From contig DAIERH010000001.1 of assembly GCA_027346925.1 (NCBI GenBank), forward strand, positions 1-63,125: a stretch of DNA of 63,125 nucleotides. The letters run 5' to 3'. The notes under the pieces were generated by a model. It was not told the DNA's origin. It saw only the letters and a list, made by a program, of their open reading frames with translations, and searched no databases. The translations under genes were made by a program, and so were the position numbers. This document shows, in pieces, positions 1 through 9,676 of this stretch. Each line of letters starts with the position of its first letter. Position 1 is the stretch's first letter. Origin of the DNA: Geobacter sp. (GTDB taxonomy: Bacteria; Desulfobacterota; Desulfuromonadia; Geobacterales; Pseudopelobacteraceae).

Positions 1-171
1 ATATTGTCATGCTATAGCAAGCGATATTCTATTGTCAACTGAATTTTTTTCAAAACCCGACGTGCAAGACATGCCATACAGAACCGCACAGACTAATCAA
101 TATATCGTTGTTTTACTGCTTAACTGTGGCCCCGTGCCCACTGACCCGAAAACCATGGCGTCACATTCCGA

Positions 172-200
172 TTGACACGGCCAAAAAATACATGCATAAT
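172..200 (+). promoter_or_regulatory. sigma70-type promoter candidate (TTGACA-17 nt-CATAAT) for the bcr-like/cimA/mcp genes
   Basis: TTGACA at 172-177, 17-nt spacer, CATAAT at 195-200, about 140 nt upstream of the ATG at 340. Confidence 0.5.
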
Positions 201-224
201 TACATGCAATATTACACGCAATTA
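189..224 (+). promoter_or_regulatory. operator candidate: three tandem 12-bp CATG-core repeats
   Basis: TACATGCATAAT/TACATGCAATAT/TACACGCAATTA overlap the -10 box. The 22-mer at 199-220 matches 19/22 to 9547-9568. Confidence 0.5.
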
Positions 225-339
225 TTCAACTAAAAAAACGTTCTGTTAAACATTGAATCAGCCATTGCAGCCACGACATCTCCCGAATTCGAACGGACCT
301 GCTGCGCAACACCATCAAAACCGTGTACAGGAAGAGCGG

Positions 340-1557
340 ATGAAACCGAGAACCGACACACCTCTATTTACGACCCTGCTGGGCGCCATCACGGCCCTGG
401 CGGCGCTTTCGATCGACATGAGCCTGCCGGCCCTCCCCGCGATGACGACCGCCCTGTCCGCGGGCAGGGCCGCGGCCCAATGGACCCTCTCGCTGTTCGT
501 GCTGGGCTTTGCCGGTGGACAGTTGTTTCTCGGTCCGCTTTCCGACCGTATCGGCCGCCGCCCCGTCCTGCTCTGCGGGTTGACCGGATATGTGGTCACC
601 GGAATTGCCTGCGCCATGGCTCCGTCCATCGAAATTCTCGTAACGATGCGCTTTCTTCAGGGCCTGTGCGCCTGTGCCGGCGCGGTGATCGCCCGCGCCA
701 TCATACGGGATATTTTCGACCGGCCGACCGCTGCGGCCAAACAATCGGTCCTGACCGTAGTCACGACCCTGGCCATGCTCATCGCTCCCATCGTGGGGGC
801 CTGGGTACTCGGTATAATCGGCTGGCGCGGCGTATTTGCGCTGCTTCCGGCAGCAGGTACGCTCATTCTGATACTGTCCCTCGTTTTCATACCTGAAACC
901 CGCCCGGAAATGAGCGAGCAACGGGTCGGGGCACTGCATTCCTACCTGCTGGTGTTGCGGCAGCCGGTTACGGTCGGCAATGCTTTCGCGGCGGCGTTCA
1001 TCTTTGCCGGTCTGTTTGTCTTCATTGCCGATTCCTCCACGGTCTTCATTCGCACCCTGGGAATCTCTCCCCAGGGTTTCAGCTGGATGTTCGCCATCGT
1101 TGCCTTTGGCCAACTCTGCGGCTCGACCCTCAACCGCATGCTGGCAACGCGCGTCAGCCCCGTACGCCTGATAAGGATCGGCGGCGGCCTGACTGTCGTG
1201 ACCACGCTGCTCATCGGCCTGTTCGCCGTCTGGCAGGTGAATATCGATGCCCTGTTGCTGGCGATGGCACTCTATGCATTTGCACTGGGAATGACCAATC
1301 CCAATGCCATTGCCGCCGCAATGGTTCCGCTGCCCCAGTACGCCGGCGCGGCTTCGGCCATAATCGGTTTCCTCTATTTCGTCATGGGGAGCATCGGCGC
1401 CACCCTGTCGGGCTACATCATGCCCGGGACCGTGGCCGGCATGCTCGGCATCATCGCGGGATTCGGCGCGGCCGGCATCGTGGTATTCGTTTTACTGGAG
1501 ATCCACCAGGCGAGACAGGCCGACCAGCGGGTCTGCACTTCCGAATTGCGGGGTTGA
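340..1557 (+). CDS. MFS efflux transporter, Bcr/CflA-like
   Basis: ORF 253..1557 has a multi-TM hydrophobic profile and the MFS loop motif [18 protein letters not shown] at 340 preceded by GGAAGAG is preferred over TTG at 253. Confidence 0.8.
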   Translation: MKPRTDTPLFTTLLGAITALAALSIDMSLPALPAMTTALSAGRAAAQWTLSLFVLGFAGGQLFLGPLSDRIGRRPVLLCGLTGYVVTGIACAMAPSIEILVTMRFLQGLCACAGAVIARAIIRDIFDRPTAAAKQSVLTVVTTLAMLIAPIVGAWVLGIIGWRGVFALLPAAGTLILILSLVFIPETRPEMSEQRVGALHSYLLVLRQPVTVGNAFAAAFIFAGLFVFIADSSTVFIRTLGISPQGFSWMFAIVAFGQLCGSTLNRMLATRVSPVRLIRIGGGLTVVTTLLIGLFAVWQVNIDALLLAMALYAFALGMTNPNAIAAAMVPLPQYAGAASAIIGFLYFVMGSIGATLSGYIMPGTVAGMLGIIAGFGAAGIVVFVLLEIHQARQADQRVCTSELRG

Positions 1558-1601
1558 TTATAGGCGCTTGGCGCTTCATTCACGTTCCGTGGGGAGACGG
1601 C

Positions 1602-3212
1602 ATGAAACAGATCAAGATTTACGACACGACACTGCGCGACGGAACCCAGGGGGAGGACATCTCCTTCCAGGTCAAGGACAAGATCCGCATTGCCCACAAG
1701 CTTGACGAGATGGGCATCCATTATATCGAAGGGGGCTGGCCGGGGAGCAATCCCAAGGATATCGCCTTTTTCAAGGAGATCAGGAAGGAAAGCCTATCAC
1801 GGGCGAAGATCGCGGCCTTCGGCTCGACCCGCAGGGCACGGGTCACGCCGGACAAGGACCACAACATCCGCACCCTGATCGCCGCCAAGGCCGATGTGAT
1901 CACCATCTTCGGCAAGACCTGGGACTTTCACGTCCGTGAGGCGCTGCGAATCTCACTGGACGAGAACCTGGAACTGATCCACGATTCCCTGGCATTCCTG
2001 AAGCAGAATGCGGCCGAGGTCGTCTACGATGCCGAGCATTTCTTCGACGGCTACAGGGCAAATCCGGCATATGCCATCAAGACCCTGCGGGCCGCCCAGG
2101 ATGCAAGGGCCGACTGTATCGTGCTCTGCGACACCAACGGCGGCAACATGCCCTATGATATCGCCGCAATCATCAAGGCGGTTCAGAAACATATCAAGAC
2201 CCCCCTGGGAATCCACACGCACAACGACGGCGAGTGCGCCGTGGCCAACTCCCTCCATGCGGTCAGACAGGGGGTCGTGCATGTGCAGGGTACCATCAAT
2301 GGTTTTGGCGAGCGCTGCGGCAATGCCAATCTCTGTTCCATCATACCCGCGATCAAGCTCAAACTGGGGCTGGGCTGCATCTCGGACGAGCAGCTGCGGC
2401 GGCTGCGGGAGTTGTCCAGGTACGTGGACGAACTGGCTAACATCTCCCCCAACAAGCATCAGGCCTATGTGGGAAATTCGGCCTTTGCCCACAAGGGAGG
2501 GGTGCATGTGAGCGCCATAGTGAAGAGGCCCGAGACCTACGAACACATCAGGCCGGAACTGGTCGGCAACGGCACCCGCGTGCTGGTCTCGGACCTGTCC
2601 GGCAAATCCAACATCCTGGCCAAGGCAAAGGAGTTCAACGTCGATCTGAACAGCAAGGACCCCGTCACCCAGGAGATCCTGGAAAAGACCAAGGAACTGG
2701 AGCATCTGGGCTACCAGTTCGAAGGTGCGGAGGCCTCGTTCGAACTGCTGATGAAGCGCTCCCTTGGGCAGCACAAGAAGAGATTCAGCGTAACGGGCTA
2801 CCGGGTCATGGACGATTGGAGCGAGCACAAACAGAAACCCGTTTCCGAGGCAACCGTTTCCGTCAAGGTCGGTGGCCGGACGGAACACACGGCCGCCGTC
2901 GGCCATGGACCGGTCAATGCGCTGGACAACGCCATCCGCAAGGCCCTGGAGAAGTTCTATCCAAAACTGAAGCACCTCAAGCTGCACGACTACAAGGTAC
3001 GGGTACTGCCGAACGGACAGGGCACCGCCGCGGTCATCCGGGTTCTGGTGGAGTCCGGTGACAGGACCGGACGCTGGGGAACGGTCGGCGTTTCGGACAA
3101 CATCATCGATGCCTCGTACCTGGCGCTGATGGACAGCATCGACTACAAGCTGCAGAGGGACGACCTTCGGGGAGCCGCCCGCTCACGTCAACACCGGGAG
3201 ATGACACCATGA
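1602..3212 (+). CDS. cimA: (R)-citramalate synthase (isoleucine biosynthesis, LeuA/CimA family)
   Basis: [22 protein letters not shown]... HMGL-like TIM barrel plus C-terminal LeuA-dimer-like region. ATG at 1602 follows GGGGAGACGG. ORF 1554..3212. Confidence 0.85.
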   Translation: MKQIKIYDTTLRDGTQGEDISFQVKDKIRIAHKLDEMGIHYIEGGWPGSNPKDIAFFKEIRKESLSRAKIAAFGSTRRARVTPDKDHNIRTLIAAKADVITIFGKTWDFHVREALRISLDENLELIHDSLAFLKQNAAEVVYDAEHFFDGYRANPAYAIKTLRAAQDARADCIVLCDTNGGNMPYDIAAIIKAVQKHIKTPLGIHTHNDGECAVANSLHAVRQGVVHVQGTINGFGERCGNANLCSIIPAIKLKLGLGCISDEQLRRLRELSRYVDELANISPNKHQAYVGNSAFAHKGGVHVSAIVKRPETYEHIRPELVGNGTRVLVSDLSGKSNILAKAKEFNVDLNSKDPVTQEILEKTKELEHLGYQFEGAEASFELLMKRSLGQHKKRFSVTGYRVMDDWSEHKQKPVSEATVSVKVGGRTEHTAAVGHGPVNALDNAIRKALEKFYPKLKHLKLHDYKVRVLPNGQGTAAVIRVLVESGDRTGRWGTVGVSDNIIDASYLALMDSIDYKLQRDDLRGAARSRQHREMTP

Positions 3213-4852
3213 TGAGCATCCTGACAAACATGAGTATGTCCAAAAAATTAAAGCTGTCTTCGGGCACCTGCCTCGTGTTCATGCTGTTTTTGGGGATCGT
3301 CGCCTACAACGGCCTCCATATCCAGAAGACCTCCATCAACGACATCTACACCGTCAGGTTCAAGGCGTACCAGACCTGCGCCCCGGTGTTCACCGAGATC
3401 ACCAAGGCCCATTCAGACCTGTACAAACTCCTCAGCTGGGTGAACGCCAAATACGAGGACAAGAAGATCAGCGAACTTGGCAAGGACATCCTCGGCCATC
3501 TCAAAGAATCCGGCGAAAGCCTGACCAAGCTCATGAACGCTCCCGCGACGGACGCCGGCGAGAAAAAGCAGTTGCAGGAACTCTTGGGGCTCATCAACGA
3601 TTACAACAAAAATGCCAACGACCTGATCGACCTGATACAGACCGACCTGAATGCCGCGACCATGTACATGGGCACCGCCGACGAGGTCTACCAGAAGATC
3701 CACAAGGCGTTTGCGAGCCTGCTGTCCCTGGAAGAGAAGCTGAGCAGTCAACAGTACGGCACCGCCATGTCGAGCTTCGAACGGACCAGGATACTGGTCG
3801 TCGTGGTCCTGGTCGTGGCGCTCCTGCTGTCATTCGGCATCAGCGCACTCGTGCAGGGGATCATCCTGGGACCGGTGCGAAAGACCGTCATCATCACCGA
3901 AGGTGTGGCTTCCGGAGATTTCACCAGGAGGATCGCCCTCGACTCCAGGGATGAGATAGGACAGATGGCCGGCACCTTCGATCGCCTGGTGGAGAAACTC
4001 GGCGCGATTCTTGGAGAAGTGTCCAAAAACTCCGCTACCGTTGCCACCTCGGCGACCAAGCTCAGTGCCAGTTCCGAGCAGATGGCCACGGGTTCCGAGG
4101 AGGTTGCGGCACAGATACGAACCATAGCCACGGCCGGAGAAGAGATGGCCATGACCTCGCAGGAGATTGCCAGGAACTGCCAACTGGCCGCGCAACGGGC
4201 GAACGATGCCAACCACTCAGCCTCCTCCGGTAAAACGGTCGTCGAGGAGACGGTCAGGGGGATGGAGCGGATCGCGAAACAGGTCCGCACCTCGGCCGAG
4301 ACCGTGGAAATCCTTGGGCAGAAATCCAGCCAGATCGGCGAAATCATCAGCACCATCGAGGACATTGCCGACCAGACCAACCTCCTGGCGCTGAATGCCG
4401 CCATCGAGGCGGCCAGGGCCGGCGAGCAGGGGCGCGGGTTTGCGGTTGTCGCAGACGAGGTCCGCGCCCTGGCCGAGCGCACAACCAGGGCCACCAAGGA
4501 AATCGGCGAGATGATCAAGGCGATCCAGCGCGAAACATCCAACGCTGTGGATGCCATGGGCGAAGGTGTGAAGGAGGTCGAGTCGGGCACGCACAGAGCC
4601 GCCAAATCAGGCGAGGCGCTCCAGGAAATATTGACGCGCATCAACGAGGTGACCATGCAGGTAAACCAGATCGCCACTGCCGCCGAGGAGCAGACAGCCA
4701 CCACCACCCAGATCAGCCAAAACATCCAGGAAATCACCCAGGTGGTCCACGACACCGCCAGTTCCGCCCATGAATCGGCGCGCTCCACGTCACAACTTTC
4801 GCACTTGGCGGAAGATTTGCGCCTGATGGTATGCCAGTTCAAACTGAGCTGA
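3209..4852 (+). CDS. methyl-accepting chemotaxis protein (helical periplasmic sensor, HAMP, about 40-heptad signalling domain)
   Basis: Two TM segments, HAMP, and hairpin tip [38 protein letters not shown]. The start ATG overlaps the cimA stop (ATGATGA). Confidence 0.9.
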   Translation: MMSILTNMSMSKKLKLSSGTCLVFMLFLGIVAYNGLHIQKTSINDIYTVRFKAYQTCAPVFTEITKAHSDLYKLLSWVNAKYEDKKISELGKDILGHLKESGESLTKLMNAPATDAGEKKQLQELLGLINDYNKNANDLIDLIQTDLNAATMYMGTADEVYQKIHKAFASLLSLEEKLSSQQYGTAMSSFERTRILVVVVLVVALLLSFGISALVQGIILGPVRKTVIITEGVASGDFTRRIALDSRDEIGQMAGTFDRLVEKLGAILGEVSKNSATVATSATKLSASSEQMATGSEEVAAQIRTIATAGEEMAMTSQEIARNCQLAAQRANDANHSASSGKTVVEETVRGMERIAKQVRTSAETVEILGQKSSQIGEIISTIEDIADQTNLLALNAAIEAARAGEQGRGFAVVADEVRALAERTTRATKEIGEMIKAIQRETSNAVDAMGEGVKEVESGTHRAAKSGEALQEILTRINEVTMQVNQIATAAEEQTATTTQISQNIQEITQVVHDTASSAHESARSTSQLSHLAEDLRLMVCQFKLS

Positions 4853-4980
4853 CGATGTGCATCCGGCCCCCTCTCCATGGGGGACACGGGAGGGTAAAGC
4901 GGCAATCAGGGTCTTTTATCGGCGTTCAGGGAGGGGCGGAGAGCCTCTAAAATACCAACGGAAGAAGAGGAGAAACAGGC

Positions 4981-5433
4981 ATGAAGAGGATCTTGCAACT
5001 GATGGTGGCAACGATGATTCTGGTTGGATGCGTTACCGGCGCCTTTGCCGGGCAAAAACAGGATGACGCCAAGGCGCTGGTCAAAAAGGCGGTGGCATAT
5101 CTGAAGGAACACGGGAAGGAGAAGGCTTTTGCGGAATTCAACAATCCCCGGGGAAGGTTCGTCAAGGGGGATCTGTACATCTTCGTCAATGACTTCGGCG
5201 GGGTTACCCTGGCCCATGGCAGCGGCAATACCAAGCTGATCGGCAAGAACATGATCGCCCTGAAGGACCCGGACGGCAAGTATTTCATCAAAGAACTCGC
5301 CAATAAGGCCAAGGAAGGCGGCGGCTGGGTGGAGTACAAATGGACCAATCCCGCCAGCAAGAAGATCGAGCCGAAGATGACCTATGTGGAACCGTTCGGC
5401 GACCTCGCCGTGGGATGCGGCTTTTACAAGTAA
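4981..5433 (+). CDS. secreted/lipoprotein stand-alone single-Cache (sCache_2-like) domain protein
   Basis: Signal peptide with LVGC lipobox-like site. Cache_2-type motifs: DLYIFVNDFGGVTLAHG, GKNMIALKDPDGKYF, GGGWVEYKWTNP, KMTYVEP. Confidence 0.75.
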   Translation: MKRILQLMVATMILVGCVTGAFAGQKQDDAKALVKKAVAYLKEHGKEKAFAEFNNPRGRFVKGDLYIFVNDFGGVTLAHGSGNTKLIGKNMIALKDPDGKYFIKELANKAKEGGGWVEYKWTNPASKKIEPKMTYVEPFGDLAVGCGFYK

Positions 5434-5468
5434 CCTGAATCCTTGTCGGGTGGACGACGGGCATCCGG

Positions 5469-5510
5469 GGAGGGGCGGCTTTTCATGCAGAGGCCGCTCC
5501 TCTCATTTTT
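5469..5510 (+). terminator. intrinsic terminator candidate after the Cache gene
   Basis: 11-bp stem GGAGGGGCGGC/GCCGCTCCTCT (2 G-U pairs), 13-nt loop, then CATTTTT. Confidence 0.55.
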
Positions 5511-5528
5511 CGGGAAGTAACGCCAAGA

Positions 5529-6446
5529 TCAGGAAGCCCTCCGGCGCCGGATATCGGGTTTGCTCACCAGGGTGATTCCGGCCAGCACCAAGAGCGCCCC
5601 CACGACAAAGTGAGGATCCAGCGGGTCATGCAGCAGGAGCACGCCGAAGGAGACACCGAACAGCGGTGTCATGAACAGGAACACCGAGAGTTGGGAGACG
5701 TTGTAGCGCCGCAGCAGGGAAAACCAGACCAGATAGGTGGCAAAGGTGATCACCACGGCCTGAAACAGCACGCTGGCCACCGCGGTCGTGGTCAAGGAAA
5801 ACCTGGCGGCCTGGCCGGAGGCAACGGCATAGGCATGGAGCAGGACAAAGGCCGACAACAGTTGATACAACAAGGTCTTGGTTGCCGGCGCGCTCGCCAG
5901 CCTGGTACAGCGGATGATCACCGTCGTGCCCGCCCAGGCGATCCCCCCCAGAATTGCCAGCACATCCCCCCGCAGTACCCGCTCGTTGATGTCCGCCTGG
6001 AACATCCCCCCGGCAAAGGCCGCCACGATACCGCAAAAGGCAAGGCCGATCCCCAGCCATTGCAGGGGATAGAGCCGCTCCGCCGGAAGGAACCGGTGCA
6101 GCGTCAACGCGGTAAAGATCGGCGCGGTATAGAGGAATACCGACATGTGGGAAGCGGTGGTATACCGCAGCCCCTCGGCCACGAACATGAATTCCAGTGA
6201 GAACACGACCCCCAGCACAATCCCTGGCACAAGCGTGCCGTCGCGCAGGGAAAACCCCTCCCTGCGCCGGGCGATCAGGATGCAGATCAAGACCGCGCTG
6301 AGCCCCGAGCGAATCGCGATCTGCAGGATCGGGGCGATGTCCGGGGCCGCCATCTTGATGGCAACCTGATGCAGCCCCAGGACGACGCAGAGCACGGTCA
6401 TGATCGCCACCCCGGCTCCATCGACTGGTTTCCGCTCTTCACTCAT
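5529..6446 (-). CDS. EamA/DMT-family transporter (10-TM permease)
   Basis: C-terminal 305 aa of track ORF 5529..7793, starting MSEERKPVDGAGVAIMTV. Two EamA-like repeats. The upstream part of the ORF is an alternative-frame shadow of the MFS gene. Confidence 0.8.
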   Translation of the reverse strand: MSEERKPVDGAGVAIMTVLCVVLGLHQVAIKMAAPDIAPILQIAIRSGLSAVLICILIARRREGFSLRDGTLVPGIVLGVVFSLEFMFVAEGLRYTTASHMSVFLYTAPIFTALTLHRFLPAERLYPLQWLGIGLAFCGIVAAFAGGMFQADINERVLRGDVLAILGGIAWAGTTVIIRCTRLASAPATKTLLYQLLSAFVLLHAYAVASGQAARFSLTTTAVASVLFQAVVITFATYLVWFSLLRRYNVSQLSVFLFMTPLFGVSFGVLLLHDPLDPHFVVGALLVLAGITLVSKPDIRRRRAS

Positions 6447-6514
6447 TGCACGTCCCCCCGCCAGGCGTTTCAAAAAACGCAATCCGCCGCAACGCCGCAG
6501 ATCGCAGCAAAAAA

Positions 6515-7762
6515 TCAGGATTCCAGGGTCTCGGTCCGCAGCAGTTGCGGGAAAAGGCGCATCCAGAGCAGAACCACCAGGATGGTGCCGATACCGCCGA
6601 TCAGCACGGCGGGAACGACGCCGAACCACGCCGCGGTCGCGCCCGACTCGAACTCCCCGAGTTGGTTCGACGTGCCGATGAACATCGAGTTGACGGCACT
6701 CACCCGGCCGCGCATCTCGCCCGGCGTCTGGAGCTGCACCAGCGCGGCGCGGATCACGACGCTGATGACGTCGGCCGCACCGAGGATGACCAGGACGCCG
6801 AGCGAAAGCAGGAACGATGTCGAGACGGCAAAGACGATGGTGGCTGCTCCGAATATCCCGACCGCCGCGAACATGATCCGGCCGACCCGGCGCCGGAGCG
6901 GCCGGCGCGCCAGATGGAACGACATGGCCAGGGCGCCGATCCCCGGAGCGGCCCGCAGCAGCCCCAGCCCCCACGGACCGGTCACCAGGATGTCGCGGGC
7001 ATAGATCGGCAGCAGTGCCGTGGCGCCACCCAGGAGAACCGCAAAGAGATCGAGGGAGATGGCCCCCAGTATGACCGGCCGGTGGCGGATGAAGGAGATA
7101 CCGGCAAAGATGGACGCGAGGCGCACCGGCTCCCGCCCCGCCGCAGGCGGAGGAGCGGGACCGGTGCGGGCAATGAAGACGCCGGCGGCCAGAAACAGGA
7201 GTGAGGTCGTCACATAGACCGTGGTCGGGCCAAAGGCATAGAGCAGGCCGCCCAGGGCCGGGCCGAGGATGGAGGCGATCTGCAGGGCCGCTGCCGACCA
7301 GGCGACTGCCCGCGGGATCAGGATCGGGGGAACCAGTCCCGGCACCATTGCCTGCATGGACGGTCCTTCGAAGGCACGGGCGGCCCCGGTGATGAAGGCG
7401 ATGACCAGGAGCCACTCCTTGCCCAGCCAGCCGCCGAAGCTGCCGATGGCCAGCATCCCCGCCGCCAGGCCTTCCACGGTCTGGCAGACCCTGGCTATCA
7501 TACGGCGATCGAACCGGTCGGCAACGTGGCCGACGACAAGGGTCAACAGAAACATCGGAAGAAACTGGGCCAGGCCGACCAGCCCGAGATACCAGGCGCT
7601 TCCGGTGATGGCGTAGATTTGCCACCCCACCGCGACCCCCTGCATCTGGAAGGCGGTGATGCTGGCCCACCGCGCACAGAAAAAGAGCGCAAACGGCTTG
7701 TGCCGGATGACGGAGTGTGGATACGGGTCTTCGGTACGTGTGCGCATCGTGCTCCCTGTCAT
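6515..7762 (-). CDS. MFS transporter (EntS/MFS_3-like exporter)
   Basis: 415-aa ORF with 12-TM-like profile and motif VGHVADRFDRRMI. The start region overlaps the stop of the upstream MFS gene by 4 nt. Confidence 0.8.
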   Translation of the reverse strand: MTGSTMRTRTEDPYPHSVIRHKPFALFFCARWASITAFQMQGVAVGWQIYAITGSAWYLGLVGLAQFLPMFLLTLVVGHVADRFDRRMIARVCQTVEGLAAGMLAIGSFGGWLGKEWLLVIAFITGAARAFEGPSMQAMVPGLVPPILIPRAVAWSAAALQIASILGPALGGLLYAFGPTTVYVTTSLLFLAAGVFIARTGPAPPPAAGREPVRLASIFAGISFIRHRPVILGAISLDLFAVLLGGATALLPIYARDILVTGPWGLGLLRAAPGIGALAMSFHLARRPLRRRVGRIMFAAVGIFGAATIVFAVSTSFLLSLGVLVILGAADVISVVIRAALVQLQTPGEMRGRVSAVNSMFIGTSNQLGEFESGATAAWFGVVPAVLIGGIGTILVVLLWMRLFPQLLRTETLES

Positions 7763-9024
7763 CTGCCGCGGCCCTGCCCGGCATCAAACCCATTCACGGT
7801 CTTCCTGAGCGCAAACAAGGCCAGCGTGATGCCCAGGCCGCAGACCGGAACCCGAAAGGCCTCGTGGTAGGCCCCCGCGGGATAGCCGCCCGGCCCGCGC
7901 GGAAAGGAGCAGATGACAAGCCCCATGATATGTTGCATTACCGCCGCCCCCATGAGAAGGAAGAAATTCACGCCGGTCATGGCTGTGGCGGCAAATTGAA
8001 AGGGTACCAGCCTGCGGGCCAGGGGGTAGATGATCACCCCTGTCCCGGAAAACAGGCCAACAAAGAAGAAGAGCGCCGCCAGCGCTGGTGTGGGAAAATG
8101 GGTCGCCGGCCCCAGCATGGCGGTCATCAGCACCAGCAGGAGCGCCTGTCCGCAGAGGATGGTCTTTTCCAGCGAACCGCCGAGCCGGTCGATCGCCTTT
8201 CCCACAAGCAGCGAGCCGCCGATGTATCCGACTGAAGTGCACAGCAGCATGTTGCCGGATTGCAAGCGGGTCATGCCGGCGGCCTCCATCAGGTACGGCC
8301 CTCCCCAGAGCGCCAGCATCACCATGTAGTTGGCATACCAGAAAAAGGCGATCAGCGCGATCAGCCAGAAATCCGTCGAAAAGAGCAGGGCCTTCCAGAT
8401 TTGCGGCAAGGTGGCATGCTCGCCGGCGGTATCCCCTGGCGGGAGGGCCAGGGGCGGTTCGCCGCTATCCGGGAGGTCGCGTACAAACAGGAACACGCAC
8501 AGGGTGGCCAGGGCCTGGAGCAGCGTCATGGCCAGAAAGGTGGGACGCCAGGCAAAAAGGCCGATGGCATAGGCCAGCGGAGCGGTGGCAGCCAGGCTGC
8601 CCAGGTTTCCCGCGGCGATCATGAACCCCGAAACCTTCGGAAACTCCTGCGGCGAAAACCAGTTGGTGAAAATCTTCAGCGAACCCATAAGCACGCAGGC
8701 GGTTCCGACACCGAGCAGGGCACGTCCAGCAAGGGCCGCCGGATAGTCCGGCGCAAGGGCGAATACCAGCGATCCGCAGGTCGTGACGATCCCCAGGGCC
8801 GAGATCATCCGTCGCCCCCCATGGCGGTCGATCAGCGGTCCGAGGGGGATCTGGGCCAAGGCAAACGCATAGAAAAATATCCCGGACAGGATGCCGAGCT
8901 GCGCCGCGCCGAGCCCAAGGTCGGCAACCAGATCACGCGAGACCACCGCCATTGATATCCGGTAGAAAAAGCCGACAATGAACAACAGTGCCAGGGAAGC
9001 GAATATTTTCCATCGTTGCGTCAT
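7759..9024 (-). CDS. MFS transporter
   Basis: ORF 7759..9078 has a multi-TM profile and motif GPLIDRHGGRRMI. The internal ATG at 9024 (MTQRWKIFASL) is a plausible start, with 9078 as the alternative. Confidence 0.75.
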   Translation of the reverse strand: MTQRWKIFASLALLFIVGFFYRISMAVVSRDLVADLGLGAAQLGILSGIFFYAFALAQIPLGPLIDRHGGRRMISALGIVTTCGSLVFALAPDYPAALAGRALLGVGTACVLMGSLKIFTNWFSPQEFPKVSGFMIAAGNLGSLAATAPLAYAIGLFAWRPTFLAMTLLQALATLCVFLFVRDLPDSGEPPLALPPGDTAGEHATLPQIWKALLFSTDFWLIALIAFFWYANYMVMLALWGGPYLMEAAGMTRLQSGNMLLCTSVGYIGGSLLVGKAIDRLGGSLEKTILCGQALLLVLMTAMLGPATHFPTPALAALFFFVGLFSGTGVIIYPLARRLVPFQFAATAMTGVNFFLLMGAAVMQHIMGLVICSFPRGPGGYPAGAYHEAFRVPVCGLGITLALFALRKTVNGFDAGQGRGR

Positions 9025-9164
9025 GATGTTGTCTGGTCCATGAACCGATGCCGGGTGGATCGACGGCTCCGGCGCCATGCTTGCGGCAGCTCGATTGCCT
9101 GCCGGAAACGCCCGCCCTTTGCCGGAACAACGATTGCCGGCTGAAATGTACGAAAGGCATCATA

Positions 9165-9217
9165 CATTAAATGCATGAAAAATTACATGTAAATATGCCC
9201 CCAGCTTTACCAGCCAA
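9165..9217 (-). promoter_or_regulatory. promoter (TTGGCT-16 nt-TATTTA) plus operator copy for the MFS-MFS-EamA genes
   Basis: Minus strand reads TTGGCT(9217-9212)...TATTTA(9195-9190) then CATGTAATTTTTCATGCATTTAATG. The 22-mer at 9193-9172 matches 19/22 to the 9547-9568 site. Confidence 0.45.
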
Positions 9218-9520
9218 GGCGTTTTCCGCATAAAGCTTTTTCTGCCACGCCCGCACCCCCGGCAATCACATATAACGACGTTATTATTGCTTCCATTCCG
9301 TGCCCTTCCCCCGGAACCGACGCATCCCGCCGAAGCCGCTTCGTTGTGGGGGAAAACGGTCCAACGGACCGGACAAATTATCTGCACCACCGGCGTAATT
9401 GCTCTGTTCCTGTGTGACCGTTCCTGGTAGAATCAAAAACGGCCCGGATGATCAAGCCCCAAAAACGGGGGGTGCTAATTGAAGGTACATGGCATGAGAT
9501 GCAGAGGTGCAAAAAAAAGC

Positions 9521-9584
9521 TTGCACTACAAACCACGTTCTGCTAATTTACATGCAATATTGCATGCAAAAAAACATGTCAACA
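9521..9584 (+). promoter_or_regulatory. promoter (TTGCAC-17 nt-TAATTT) plus operator copy for the liv operon
   Basis: TTGCAC 9521-9526 and TAATTT 9544-9549, followed by TACATGCAATAT/TGCATGCAAAAA/AACATGTCAACA (9549-9584). ATGCAATATTGCAT is a perfect palindrome. Confidence 0.5.
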
Positions 9585-9676
9585 AAAACAGCCACTGTCC
9601 ATCGGTGAGTTCGTGCCGTGAAGATACGCTGCCGGGCGCTGCAAACAACCTTTGATCGTTCTCGGAGAAACCACCC

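Noticed and set aside
6447-7793. N-terminal 449 residues of the 754-aa track ORF 5529..7793
   Set aside because: The sequence is Arg/Pro/Gly-rich with no family resemblance. It is an alternative frame of the real MFS gene 6515..7762. The EamA protein clearly begins at MSEERKP (6446).
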